Part shown: in pieces, positions 1 to 10,043 of the stretch
Position numbering within the stretch: the stretch's first letter is position 1
Layout of the letters: every line of letters begins with the position of its first letter
DNA from: a virus
Lineage: Duplodnaviria > Heunggongvirae > Uroviricota > Caudoviricetes
Strand: one strand, 5' to 3'
Virus record (IMG/VR): IMGVR_UViG_3300028886_000029
Location: 206,007-270,006 of that record
DNA: 64,000 nucleotides
The notes under the pieces: model-generated
Told to the model about the DNA's origin: nothing
Databases searched by the model: none
What the model saw: the letters and a program-made list of their open reading frames with translations, nothing else
Translations under genes and position numbers: made by a program

Positions 1-2914
1 CAAGTATCTTACATGGGAGAATATGTTGGTCTCTTGTCTCAGGTGTTGATTCAGTAACAACCCTATAATCAACTATACCTCTATTTGATTTAACATCAGC
101 AAGAATTGGCTCAACCAATGACCTGAATTGTTTTTCAAGTGTTGCATCATATTGTTCAAAGATAAGGTGTTTAGCCGCCTCTGTGACAAGTTTCTTAATT
201 CTAAGCATTAGTCTCCTGACATTAATTCTATTAAGAGGACTTTCTTGTGTATAGAGGGTCTTGTTACCCCATACTTTAACGCCATCCTGTGCGAAAGACT
301 TGATTGGATTAATTCTACCTTCGTAAAGTGTATCCTCATCATACAATGTTGTTTTGATATCTGCTTTAATACAGTCAACATTACCTCTTTCAGTACCAGC
401 TGGTGCGAACCAAGGGAAACTGTTGTTATCAGTAGCGGCCATATTTCTAACAACATCCTTAGTCACAGGAAGAACAGTATACATTTTAGCGTCCGCATCA
501 TAATATCTCACCCATGGCCAATAAGTACAAGCGTATGATGATGTCAACTCACTGTCTTCAAGTTCGTCAACTACAGCCTCAGGTGTCTTATCCTCATTGA
601 CATCCTTAGGTGCGTTGATAATATAGAGGGCATCACCGCCTCTACCGTCCTCACTATCCTCAATCATATCAAGGGCATCCTCAACAAGAAGTGTATGATT
701 TGAATAGTCAACACCTGGTGTTGCGAAAAGATTGATATCAACATCCTGAGGATTAGCGAACTGTTTATAACCTGCAAGATAAGCGTAATAGTCAGTATTG
801 ATGGCATTTACAGGAAGACCTAATTTAAGTGTAGGGTCAAGCGCAAGTTCAGTTGAACTAATCACACTGAAAGGACAGCCACTAACAATAGCGTATTTAG
901 ATGCTTTGTAATCGTCTTTATTGGTTCTTTCAGGTCTGTAAATATCCCAACCATCGAAACCACCATAAGGATAAACAGTGAATTTTCTCAAATTAATATC
1001 CTCATAAATTGTCCCGTCAACATAGTCCTCATTGAAAAGTCTTGGAATTTTTACGGACTGTGCGGCTTTCTGCATAGGGTCAACAGTTGTAAATGTATAA
1101 CCACTTTCTGAGTCAACAAAGACTGAAACACCTGACATTGGATTTTCTACTGTCTCACCTGATATGTCAGTCAAAGTCCTATAAGGCATTGAAAGAATTG
1201 CGTCAAGGTGGAAACCGTTAGTAATCTTATTAGGGTCAGCGTCACCGTTTCCGTTCTCATATGCGGTCACACCCTTATAGTTAAGAACATCAACATCAAG
1301 AATCTCATTGTTAAGACCAAAATATTGTCTCTTAGGTTTAATAGCGTCATTGAAAATCGTGTTATAGGCGATGTCAATCCTACCCTCAGCACCAAGTCCA
1401 TAAGTTGGCATTGGATAACCAAGGAAACCGCAAGGTACACAAGATTCAATACCATCCTCATCAGCGATTTCAACTGTCACATATTTTGACTTGGCTACAT
1501 AACCGCCATCAAACGTACCAATTTTATAACCAATATAATTATTGGCACCAGGAACCATTGAACAGTTAATGAATTTCTCCAAAACAACAGGTGAAGCATC
1601 TGTGTCATAGAAATCCCTAATCCAAATATCAAACAATCCCTCATCAGGTCTAATCCTTTGGATAGACACTTTCACTTGATAATTAGCGGCGTTACCGTCA
1701 GAAATTGTATAGAATTTGAAAAGTTTCTTCACATTAATTGACTTATTTGTCGCTTCCTTAACCTCAGAAACAATCCAAGGGGTTTGGGCACATCTGTAAG
1801 TCTCTTTATAATTGGTGTAATCTTCGTCGTCTTTGATTTTCACACCATCACCATTATTAATAGCCTCAAACTTAACAGGAGTTGCCACTTTCGCCAACAC
1901 TTTTCTTTCTTTGAAAGTATATTTGGTTTTAGCGGTATTGTCATATGAATCCCCATTAATAATGAATTCATCCGTATATTCTCCCCTTTCATTCTCTTTT
2001 AGCACACCTTTTTTACCATCCCATACATACCCATAAGAAAGAGTATCACCTGATGTTAATGTCTGTCCTGATTCAACAATAACCTCAGATAAAACATCTG
2101 CATTTTGAAGATAGTACTCATATGCGTAATCATATACAGCCTCAATGAACAATGGAGCCGTACCAACAAGAGGGTCAATTGAGAAAACATTATAGATGTA
2201 AGACCTGTCTGATGGATTTAATGAGACATTGTAATTAACTGTGGTTTCAGCACTCACACCACCTGTCCACTGTGTGTAAGTAACATTAAGACCGAATTTA
2301 CCAATTTCAGTTTTTCCGCTTGCATCGGCATATGCGCCTTTGGTTCCATCGCTTAACTCAACGACAACACCTTCAAGTGGAACCTCTGTCGTCTCGCCTG
2401 TAACAACACAAAGTGCGTCATACTCAGGTGCCTCAAAAGAAACAACCTCAACTTTTGTGACATATGGATTAAAAGCCTCTTGTTCCGCTTTTTCGCATTC
2501 ACCACCCTCAGTTTTAGCGTTATAATCAGCCTTAGACCTAAGGATAACCAATGGGAATTTCTTGTCACCTACGGTTGCATAGACACCGAAAGCACTACTA
2601 TTCTCATAACCTGAAAGACCAAGCACTCTCACAACATTAAGATTCTTGGATTCTTTAAGATATTCTTTAGCAACATAAGGCAACTCGTATTTAGGTAAAC
2701 CACTTCCCTTATATTTTTCAGGTGAAGTTCCACCAAAGTAGTCTACAAAGTCAGCCCAATCAGTAACAGGTACCGCTTGGAACGCAGGACCTTTCAAGGT
2801 TTCACCTGCAAGACCAAGATTAGTAATACCAAGACTTTTGGCTGAGTAGAGGACATCCTTTTCTTCTGTATAAACACCTGGTGAGACATGTCCACCTCTT
2901 GCATCACTTATCAT
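1..2914 (-). CDS. Contractile tail sheath protein (T4 gp18-like), 3' end runs off the window
   Basis: Missing from the ORF track because it is edge-truncated. Manual translation from ATG 2914: MISDARGGHVSPGVYTEEKD...LGLAGETLKGPAF...VVRVLGLSGY. Near the window edge: IWGNKT...INVRRLMLRIRKLVTEAAKHLIFEQYD...RGIVDYRV. Both are typical sheath motifs. Only the ends were translated by hand. Confidence 0.92.
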   Translation of the reverse strand, partial: MISDARGGHVSPGVYTEEKDVLYSAKSLGITNLGLAGETLKGPAFQAVPVTDWADFVDYFGGTSPEKYKGSGLPKYELPYVAKEYLKESKNLNVVRVLGLSGYENSSAFGVYATVGDKKFPLVILRSKADYNAKTEGGECEKAEQEAFNPYVTKVEVVSFEAPEYDALCVVTGETTEVPLEGVVVELSDGTKGAYADASGKTEIGKFGLNVTYTQWTGGVSAETTVNYNVSLNPSDRSYIYNVFSIDPLVGTAPLFIEAVYDYAYEYYLQNADVLSEVIVESGQTLTSGDTLSYGYVWDGKKGVLKENERGEYTDEFIINGDSYDNTAKTKYTFKERKVLAKVATPVKFEAINNGDGVKIKDDEDYTNYKETYRCAQTPWIVSEVKEATNKSINVKKLFKFYTISDGNAANYQVKVSIQRIRPDEGLFDIWIRDFYDTDASPVVLEKFINCSMVPGANNYIGYKIGTFDGGYVAKSKYVTVEIADEDGIESCVPCGFLGYPMPTYGLGAEGRIDIAYNTIFNDAIKPKRQYFGLNNEILDVDVLNYKGVTAYENGNGDADPNKITNGFHLDAILSMPYRTLTDISGETVENPMSGVSVFVDSESGYTFTTVDPMQKAAQSVKIPRLFNEDYVDGTIYEDINLRKFTVYPYGGFDGWDIYRPERTNKDDYKASKYAIVSGCPFSVISSTELALDPTLKLGLPVNAINTDYYAYLAGYKQFANPQDVDINLFATPGVDYSNHTLLVEDALDMIEDSEDGRGGDALYIINAPKDVNEDKTPEAVVDELEDSELTSSYACTYWPWVRYYDADAKMYTVLPVTKDVVRNMAATDNNSFPWFAPAGTERGNVDCIKADIKTTLYDEDTLYEGRINPIKSFAQDGVKVWGNKTLYTQESPLNRINVRRLMLRIKKLVTEAAKHLIFEQYDATLEKQFRSLVEPILADVKSNRGIVDYRVVTESTPETRDQHILPCKIL

Positions 2915-2955
2915 ATTCTTTATAAATTAGTTTTATTATTATTCTTAATTTTCTA

Positions 2956-2964
2956 ATAAATAGT
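2956..2964 (-). promoter_or_regulatory. Putative late promoter ACTATTTAT of the tail sheath gene
   Basis: Plus strand ATAAATAGT, 41 nt upstream of the ATG. Confidence 0.7.
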
Positions 2965-3001
2965 ATGTTTAAACCAAAAAACCTAAAACACTGAAAAAAT
3001 A

Positions 3002-4153
3002 TTAGATATTTTCAACAATAATGTCCTCACCTGTTTGGTTATAACCGTCATTTTTCTTGATATCATAAACAACATCCTTGTTGTAACCTTTCAGTATTAT
3101 CATCGCGGTTTTTACTGAATTTTTTTTACCGAGTTTTTTTATTTTAATCTCATCATTTTCTTTTACGGTAAATGTTTCACCTCTTGAGATTATTTCCTTG
3201 ATGTTTATAATTTCGTCATTTACTTTAAAAACAAAACTAAAAACATTCTCATATTCAATTTCTTTAATAGTAAAATTAGTGTCAATAACAAATTTAATTT
3301 TGTCATCACAAGGCGCAAAACTCATTGTGACTGTAATGGGTTTATAATAAAAATCATTCTCAGGGCAAACAATCGCACCTTCCTCAATGTCGGCATATGT
3401 CTCTTTTCTTTCCTCCATGTCAAAACCAAGTATTCTCATGGCAGGTTTTTCCTCAACGACAAAATAGTCTTCAGGGATAATATACGCCTTAACCAAAATA
3501 GAGGCTGATTGGGAATAGAATTGTCTATCATCAATATTATAAACTGATTCGTCACTGACAGACTCAAGATTCATTGACATGAAATGTCCTTTAGGTCTAA
3601 AGTAAGCGGTAATCGCTTTAAACTTTTCCTGTATCGCTTGGTTAAACTGATTTAGTAACTCATATTTATTGGTCATCACACTGACAATATATCTGAAATC
3701 AACACCCAATGGTTGTTTCATTCTATAGTCAATATAATATTTTCTATCATTCTTATCCCTTGCCTCCACTCTTTTCATTAAGAATGTCTGCTCACCAGGG
3801 ATATTCTTAGTCACATCATTAATTGTACCTGTCTGTGGGTTACTTTCTCTTGTCACGGTTTTAAAATTCAAAACAGGATTTTTTTTCTCATCCACATGTT
3901 CCCACATTTGAAGATATTCAGAAAATCTTTGGTTTGAGAAAAGTGTATATGTTGGTAATTTTTTCCCTTCATAACTGATATCCAACTCGTCTTCCACCCA
4001 TTTTTTGAAAGCCTCATCAATGTCCTCATAAGTAACTGGATTAGGAAGTGGGGAAGAGTTAGATAACTCCTCCTTAGTTAAGTTCTGTCTTCTTTCAAGA
4101 CCGTATGATTTATCTCTTAAAACTAATTTGTTTTTAAAATTAATACTTCCCAT
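3002..4153 (-). CDS. Putative tail completion/terminator-type virion protein
   Basis: 383 aa ORF between a neck-like gene and the sheath in a late-motif operon. Function inferred mainly from position. Confidence 0.4.
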   Translation of the reverse strand: MGSINFKNKLVLRDKSYGLERRQNLTKEELSNSSPLPNPVTYEDIDEAFKKWVEDELDISYEGKKLPTYTLFSNQRFSEYLQMWEHVDEKKNPVLNFKTVTRESNPQTGTINDVTKNIPGEQTFLMKRVEARDKNDRKYYIDYRMKQPLGVDFRYIVSVMTNKYELLNQFNQAIQEKFKAITAYFRPKGHFMSMNLESVSDESVYNIDDRQFYSQSASILVKAYIIPEDYFVVEEKPAMRILGFDMEERKETYADIEEGAIVCPENDFYYKPITVTMSFAPCDDKIKFVIDTNFTIKEIEYENVFSFVFKVNDEIINIKEIISRGETFTVKENDEIKIKKLGKKNSVKTAMIILKGYNKDVVYDIKKNDGYNQTGEDIIVENI

Positions 4154-4165
4154 TTTTTATTTTCT

Positions 4166-4711
4166 TTATCCTTGAAATTCATTTGTATCAACATAAGCAC
4201 CAATACATTCTCTAAAATATGGCATTTTTCCATAAATAGTATTTTTATTAGATGTCGTATTCATTCTTCCGTCATTAGTAACAGTGAAGAAAATCCTATA
4301 TTCAGGTGTTATGTCAATACCAATGTAATCACCTCTGTTAATATCGCAATGTTTCTGTTCCAACTCAAGATTTAAGACACTAAAAGTTAGTTTTCCTGGT
4401 TTGGCATACATACCCTTACTACTCTGTTGATTGTAGGCTTTATTTTCTGCTTCTTCTATTTGATAAACGCAAGTCAATTCCACGGGTGGTTTAAACCTAA
4501 TTTCTGATTTTTGCGCTTCTTTATATATATCATTCACCTTGGTTTTTTGTAAATCAACTTGATAGAGAACTATGGTTTGGTTTGCATCTTGTTCCATATA
4601 TTCCCTTGCGAAATCCATTTCTGTATTAAAGTCCTCACTACCGAAAAATTTATTATTTCTCTTAATTGGATTTTTTCTTCTTAACTCATATCTATCAAAC
4701 TCAATTGCCAT
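4166..4711 (-). CDS. Putative head closure/neck protein (T4 gp14-like)
   Basis: 181 aa with VNDIYKEA...F.PPVEL...RGDYI pattern; late motif upstream; located before tail genes. Confidence 0.5.
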   Translation of the reverse strand: MAIEFDRYELRRKNPIKRNNKFFGSEDFNTEMDFAREYMEQDANQTIVLYQVDLQKTKVNDIYKEAQKSEIRFKPPVELTCVYQIEEAENKAYNQQSSKGMYAKPGKLTFSVLNLELEQKHCDINRGDYIGIDITPEYRIFFTVTNDGRMNTTSNKNTIYGKMPYFRECIGAYVDTNEFQG

Positions 4712-4822
4712 GATTTTCTTTTTTTGTAACTAGTATTATATATTATAAATATATATTTTTTCTTTAAAATATATTATTATTAATATATAATATTATATAT
4801 AATATAAATAATATCTATTTAT

Positions 4823-4854
4823 TTTGTTTTTTATTTTAAAAATTTATATATTTG
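4823..4854 (+). promoter_or_regulatory. Bacteroidota-type promoter TTTG-N20-TAnnTTTG (helicase)
   Basis: TTTG 4823-4826, TATATTTG 4847-4854. Same geometry at 8846-8877, 14455-14486, 15647-15678, 44608-44639, 61428-61459. Confidence 0.75.
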
Positions 4855-4889
4855 TTAATAAATAAAGATTACTAGTTAATACTAGTTAT

Positions 4890-6905
4890 ATGAGAAAAAT
4901 TGACGACAAGACAAAAGCCATAGATTTACTCAAGAAATATGACGGAGAAAACCCTTATTTACTAACATTGAAAAATGATGTATTTAATAGGGGTGTGTCG
5001 CTTATTGATTTCAATGTTGAGTATATTTTAAAAAATATTGATTTTAAACCGAAACTAATCAATAAAATTGTTAAAATAAGTGATTGGTACGGCGAAAAAC
5101 TTCAAAAGGATTGGAACATTGATTTCAAACCTGAAAAACTTCGTATTAAATACCTTTTAGGAGAGACAGAGACGACATTTCATGTATTAATGAAATACAG
5201 ACAGAACATGGAATACATTTATTTGTTTTTATCTAAAAAAGGTGTAATGACAAATTTTCTTTTTGAGGATTATAAACAAGATATTGATTTTGAAAGATAT
5301 AATACTCTATCCAAAACATATAGACCTGACAAACCAAGACAAATTAAAGAACACCAAAAGGAAGGCATAAAATTTCTATTATCAAGAAAAAAGTGTATTA
5401 TCGCAGATGAAATGGGATTAGGGAAATCCCTAACTTTATCTGTTGCCTCAGTTGAGGGTAATTTTGACAGTGTACTTGTTATTTGTCCCGCATCTTTAAA
5501 AACCAATTGGTTTGATGAATTATCATACTATGTCCCAACCAGGGAAATTTCAATTATTGGAAGTGTGACCGGTATGAAGAAAAATGAATTGGAAACATAT
5601 CTTGGTTATGGTGTTGGTAAATCAGGTAAGAGTATAAGTGAATTACAGACCGAAGCGAAAGAAAGAGGTAAATGGACAGATAATAGATATGTTATAATAA
5701 ATTATGACATATTGAGTGATGTATATACTATACCAAAATCAAGAAAAAAAACAGACATTGAGGAAGCAAAAGAAAAAAGTCCTATTTTAAAGTTTATTGA
5801 AGGGAAAAAATCTTTAATAATTATTGATGAGGCTCATAGATTATCAAACATGAAGTCTCAACAATACAAAATTATTTCCCAACTAATTAAAAAAGGAAAC
5901 CCTGATAGTGTATATCTATCAACAGGCACACCAATCACGAACGACCCGACTAATTATTATAATATACTTTCCTTAATTGAAAACGATGTGACAGGAGATT
6001 GGCAATATTACATGGAAAGGTACTGTAGTGCAATAAAAATTCCAAAAGACGGAAAAGAGAAAAGAAAAAGGGACATAATCACATCTAATTTCATAAAAGA
6101 ACATAACAAAAAAAATTGGTATGACTTAACTGATGAGGAAAAAAAGGAACTGAACAATCTAATTTCAAGAAATTGTAAGATTATCACCATACCTAAAGAA
6201 GCGTCCAATCTGGAAGAACTAATGGAAAGGACAAAACATATTTATTTAAGAAGAGTTAAAGAGGACTTAGACACATTACCGTCTAAATATGTACATGAAT
6301 ATGTTTATGAATTGTCTGATAAAGAACAAGAGGAATATGGAAAACTATGGGAAGAGTATGAGAAAGAAAAAAAAGAATTAGACCCTGAAAAAGAAATCAA
6401 TAAAGAACTATTGGAAGGCGCATTATATAGAAAATATTTATCTAATCAAATGGTTCCTCATACGATTGAATTGACTAACAAATGTCTTAGAAGAGGTGAA
6501 AAAGTAATTATTGCTTGTTGTTATGACGAAGAATTATATTCTTTAAAAGATTATTATAAAGATATTTGTGTGATTTATAATGGTAAAATATCATCAAAAG
6601 AAAAAGATGAGGCCAAAAAGAAGTTTATGACAGATGATACTTGTAAGGTGTTTATTGGTAATATTATTGCTGCCGGTGTTGGACTGACATTGACTGCAAG
6701 TAGGATTATGATTTTTAACAATTTTGATTGGGTACCAGGAAATTGCCGACAAATGGAAGATAGAATTTATAGAATAGGGCAAACAAGAGATTGCCACATA
6801 TTTTATCAATTTTTTAAAAACACCCAATACGAAAAAATGTGGAACACTGTTTTAAGAAAAGAATTGGTTATTAACCAAATAATTAAGAAAGAGGAAGAAA
6901 AATAA
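4890..6905 (+). CDS. SNF2-family (SF2) helicase/translocase
   Basis: Motifs IIADEMGLGKS (I), VICPASLK (Ia), IIDEAHR (II), STGTPITN (III), GVGLTLT (V), QMEDRIYRIGQ (VI). Confidence 0.95.
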   Translation: MRKIDDKTKAIDLLKKYDGENPYLLTLKNDVFNRGVSLIDFNVEYILKNIDFKPKLINKIVKISDWYGEKLQKDWNIDFKPEKLRIKYLLGETETTFHVLMKYRQNMEYIYLFLSKKGVMTNFLFEDYKQDIDFERYNTLSKTYRPDKPRQIKEHQKEGIKFLLSRKKCIIADEMGLGKSLTLSVASVEGNFDSVLVICPASLKTNWFDELSYYVPTREISIIGSVTGMKKNELETYLGYGVGKSGKSISELQTEAKERGKWTDNRYVIINYDILSDVYTIPKSRKKTDIEEAKEKSPILKFIEGKKSLIIIDEAHRLSNMKSQQYKIISQLIKKGNPDSVYLSTGTPITNDPTNYYNILSLIENDVTGDWQYYMERYCSAIKIPKDGKEKRKRDIITSNFIKEHNKKNWYDLTDEEKKELNNLISRNCKIITIPKEASNLEELMERTKHIYLRRVKEDLDTLPSKYVHEYVYELSDKEQEEYGKLWEEYEKEKKELDPEKEINKELLEGALYRKYLSNQMVPHTIELTNKCLRRGEKVIIACCYDEELYSLKDYYKDICVIYNGKISSKEKDEAKKKFMTDDTCKVFIGNIIAAGVGLTLTASRIMIFNNFDWVPGNCRQMEDRIYRIGQTRDCHIFYQFFKNTQYEKMWNTVLRKELVINQIIKKEEEK

Positions 6906-7710
6906 ATATGGAAGAATATATTTTAGTTAAAAGAAAAATCGGAAATATATTTAATGGTTTTGGTTTAGGCAAAACTTTTTCATTGAATGAAGGATTAATA
7001 AAAACTGAACCAATTGAAAAATTAGTTAAACATGCGAAAGAATACTGTAACTTTGCCTCAAGTGCTAATGAATATAACAGAGGCAATTATCAAGGGGTGA
7101 TTAGAATTGTTGACGGTAGTAATGGTACAAAAGCAATAAAAACTATTTTCCATAAATCAGAATATAACGAAAAACTAATTGACACAATGTTCAATACTTA
7201 TGGTTATTTTAAGTCTAATGTTGAAAATTTAGACAATAATTATATTGCTATTGAATATGAAGCAAAATTTGAAGAAATTTTAAATAAACAATTAGAAAGT
7301 AAAGGATATATTTATCATTTAACAACTGAAAAAAAACTAAACAATATTTTGAAAAATGGAATTAAGACACATAAGGGGAACAATACATTTAATTATCCAC
7401 ATAGAAGTTATTTTTTTACTAATTTAATGACAGATGAATTTTTTAAAATGTTTTATAATGAAAAAATTGAATATAACAATAACATTGAATGTGGAAAATT
7501 TTATAAAGTTAGTTTAGTTTTATTAAAAATAGACTTAAAAGGTTTACTTAGAAAAACGAAATTTTACGTAGACCCAAATATGGACAATGGTGTCTATACT
7601 GAAGATTATATACCGCCACAAAATATTACAGTGCAAAAAAAAATAAATTACAAAATCCTTAAAAAAGGTAACGGTGATGTAATAGAAAGAAAATAAATAT
7701 GGAAGAATAT
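6899..7710 (+). repeat. Perfect 21-bp direct repeat AAAATAAATATGGAAGAATAT (6899-6919 and 7690-7710) flanking gene 6908-7696
   Basis: Read directly. Each copy contains a stop codon, a 2-nt spacer and ATG-GAA-GAA-TAT (MEEY). Confidence 0.9.
6908..7696 (+). CDS. Protein with C-terminal ADP-ribosyltransferase-fold (Tpt1/KptA-like) domain
   Basis: YIYHLT...LNNILKNGI...RSYFF...LLKID...YTEDYIPPQNI matches the HxT...IxxxG...IPP pattern of Tpt1-like/ART domains. Confidence 0.55.
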   Translation: MEEYILVKRKIGNIFNGFGLGKTFSLNEGLIKTEPIEKLVKHAKEYCNFASSANEYNRGNYQGVIRIVDGSNGTKAIKTIFHKSEYNEKLIDTMFNTYGYFKSNVENLDNNYIAIEYEAKFEEILNKQLESKGYIYHLTTEKKLNNILKNGIKTHKGNNTFNYPHRSYFFTNLMTDEFFKMFYNEKIEYNNNIECGKFYKVSLVLLKIDLKGLLRKTKFYVDPNMDNGVYTEDYIPPQNITVQKKINYKILKKGNGDVIERK

Positions 7711-8469
7711 TTGGCGTTTATAGATGAAATTGGAAGAACCATAGATGGTAATTATCTTTATAGATTTGACTTCACAAAAGAACCGGAAACCGTATGGGGT
7801 GAATATTTTCATGTCATACCGTCCATTATCATACCTAATTTACAACCTGATAAAAACACTTTATCAAAAACAGGTAGGGTAATTTTACCCACCCAATTAC
7901 AGTTAGCGAAAAAAAGTGGTTGTTTTTCAATGCAAGATTGTTTTGATGATATTTTACCACTTGGATTTTCCGATATTGATGACGAATATAACATTATATT
8001 CAGATTTGGTGAAAAATATAATGATGTTATTGATTGTCTCAAGGCTTTAGGTACTGAAATGACAGATATAGAAGAAATTTCCAATAAGGCTGAAGATGTA
8101 ATTAACAATTTTATTGAAAATATTGAACCTAAAAGTGATTTTGGTACTATATTGGACGAAGCCATAGAGGAAGCCAATTTCAAAGAAATAATGACATTGA
8201 GAATAGGTGAAGAAATTTCTTTTGAGACTATTAAAAAAAGTCTTTTTGATGGTGGTTATGAAAATATTGATTTTGTTCACAAAAAAGGACAATACACAAT
8301 AAGAGGCGGCTTTATTGACATTTTTTCTTTTAACACTAAATATAATAACCCTTTCAGATTATCTTTTTTTGGTAATGAAATTGTTGACATTTTTAGTTTT
8401 GATATAATGGAACAAACACCAATAGAACATTTTAACGAAATAACAATTTACAAAAAAAACATTGATTAA
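7699..8469 (+). CDS. Phage N-terminal domain fused to an Mfd/UvrB-type UvrA-interaction domain
   Basis: C-terminus LRIGEEI...GY..IDFVHKKGQYTIRGGFIDIFSF...PFRLSFFGNEIVDI.SFD...Q follows the UvrB domain 2 / Mfd D2 consensus. N-terminus is paralogous to 8469-8858. Confidence 0.75.
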   Translation: MEEYLAFIDEIGRTIDGNYLYRFDFTKEPETVWGEYFHVIPSIIIPNLQPDKNTLSKTGRVILPTQLQLAKKSGCFSMQDCFDDILPLGFSDIDDEYNIIFRFGEKYNDVIDCLKALGTEMTDIEEISNKAEDVINNFIENIEPKSDFGTILDEAIEEANFKEIMTLRIGEEISFETIKKSLFDGGYENIDFVHKKGQYTIRGGFIDIFSFNTKYNNPFRLSFFGNEIVDIFSFDIMEQTPIEHFNEITIYKKNID

Positions 8470-8858
8470 TGACTGATTTATACTTGGTATATGTGAAACC
8501 ATTTTACAAAAACAATGACGGTACATATGAATATGATTTGTTTTTTAGTGAAACACCTGAGGTTGTGTGGGGTATGGATTGGGATGTGGCAGTACCCAAT
8601 TCCTTGAATGACCTCACACCGGAGACATCAACATATCAGAAAGTAATTAAAATTAAAAGCCCTTTACCCTTTAAAACAATAGAAGAGATATCATGTTACT
8701 CAATGGAATATGCGGTGAACGATATAATCGCATTATCTTGGGTTGACATTGATAATATGGAAGAATTTCCTCCAAGTAGATGCGTTTTACATTTTAAAGA
8801 TAAAATAGAAAAAGTACAAGAAAAACTAAAAGAATTAAATATTGATTTGGTTTTTTAA
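8469..8858 (+). CDS. Hypothetical protein, paralog of the N-terminal domain of 7699-8469
   Basis: Shares DG.Y.Y...F...PE.VWG and C.SM....DI..L...DID motifs with the upstream gene. Confidence 0.7.
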   Translation: MTDLYLVYVKPFYKNNDGTYEYDLFFSETPEVVWGMDWDVAVPNSLNDLTPETSTYQKVIKIKSPLPFKTIEEISCYSMEYAVNDIIALSWVDIDNMEEFPPSRCVLHFKDKIEKVQEKLKELNIDLVF

Positions 8859-8906
8859 TTTTTTTGTTATATTTTTGCCAAAAATAAATTTTTAAAAAAG
8901 TTTTAT

Positions 8907-10043
8907 ATGAGTAATTTAAAACCTTCTGTAAGTAACAGAATTATTGACGAAAAAGGTAACGCTTATAACAGTGTGAGACAACTATCAAGAAATCTTAATA
9001 TACATAAAGACAGAATTTTAAGAAAATTTAGAAAAGACGAACCTTTTATTTATCATGGTCACACATATTATCTTGAAAATAACAATGGTTACTATTCTAG
9101 TGGTAATGAAAATAAAATGGAAAACAATATTGACAACATTGATTTTGAGGGATATAATGAATATCTAAAAGCCAAAAATGTCACTGAACTTCCTTTTGAA
9201 AAATATAATTTTAAATTTAGTAAAAAGAACGGTGGTAGTAGATATGCTGTTGCTTTGTTTTCTGACGCACATATAGAAGAGACGGTTGATTCTAATAGTG
9301 TTTTAGGTTTAAATGAATATAATCTTGAAATTGCTAAAAGACGTGTTGAAAAGTACTTTGTTAATTTGGCTAACGCACTTAATGATGATGAGGTGGATGA
9401 CCTTATTTTTGCTGCCCTTGGAGATTGCATAAGTGGGTTTATACACGATGAGCTTGCCCAAACTAATAGTTGTAGCCCATTAGAAGCCACATTTATTGCT
9501 CAGAATCTTATTTATAGTGGTCTTGACTATCTTGTAAATAATACCAATTTAAGAACTATAAAATTCATTGGTATTGTTGGAAATCATAGTAGGACAACTA
9601 AGAAAATTCAACACAACAATGGCTATAAAATGTCTTATGAGTATTTAATGTATAAGAACATAGAAAAACAATGTCAGTTAACTAACTTACCGATTGAGTT
9701 CTGTATTCCTGAAAGTGAAATGGCAATTGTTGAAACGGGTGATGGAAAACGTTTTATTTTTATCCATGGTTTTCAGGTTAAAGGCGGTAATGGTATCGCA
9801 GGTATTCTTCCTTCACTAAACAGGATGGTTCTTAAATGGGAAAGGGTATTTCATCAGGATAAGGTATATCTTGGACATTTTCATAATTTCATGTCACAAA
9901 CAAATGTTGCTGTTAACGGTTCGGTGATTGGATATAACAGTTACGCACTTACAAATGCGTTGTTCTACGAAAAGCCACTCCAACTTTATGACCTATATGA
10001 TGGCAATGATTTAATTTTAACAAGAAAAATATATTGCGAATAA
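8907..10043 (+). CDS. Calcineurin-like metallophosphoesterase with N-terminal HTH-like segment
   Basis: Five metal-binding motifs SDAH, LGD, VGNH, IHG, GHFH; N-terminal YNSVRQLSRNLNIHKDRI is helix-turn-helix-like. Confidence 0.85.
   Translation: MSNLKPSVSNRIIDEKGNAYNSVRQLSRNLNIHKDRILRKFRKDEPFIYHGHTYYLENNNGYYSSGNENKMENNIDNIDFEGYNEYLKAKNVTELPFEKYNFKFSKKNGGSRYAVALFSDAHIEETVDSNSVLGLNEYNLEIAKRRVEKYFVNLANALNDDEVDDLIFAALGDCISGFIHDELAQTNSCSPLEATFIAQNLIYSGLDYLVNNTNLRTIKFIGIVGNHSRTTKKIQHNNGYKMSYEYLMYKNIEKQCQLTNLPIEFCIPESEMAIVETGDGKRFIFIHGFQVKGGNGIAGILPSLNRMVLKWERVFHQDKVYLGHFHNFMSQTNVAVNGSVIGYNSYALTNALFYEKPLQLYDLYDGNDLILTRKIYCE

Noticed and set aside
208-2568. Short ORFs listed over the first 2.9 kb and over 62131-63977
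   Set aside because: Shadow frames of the edge-truncated tail sheath and SbcC genes.
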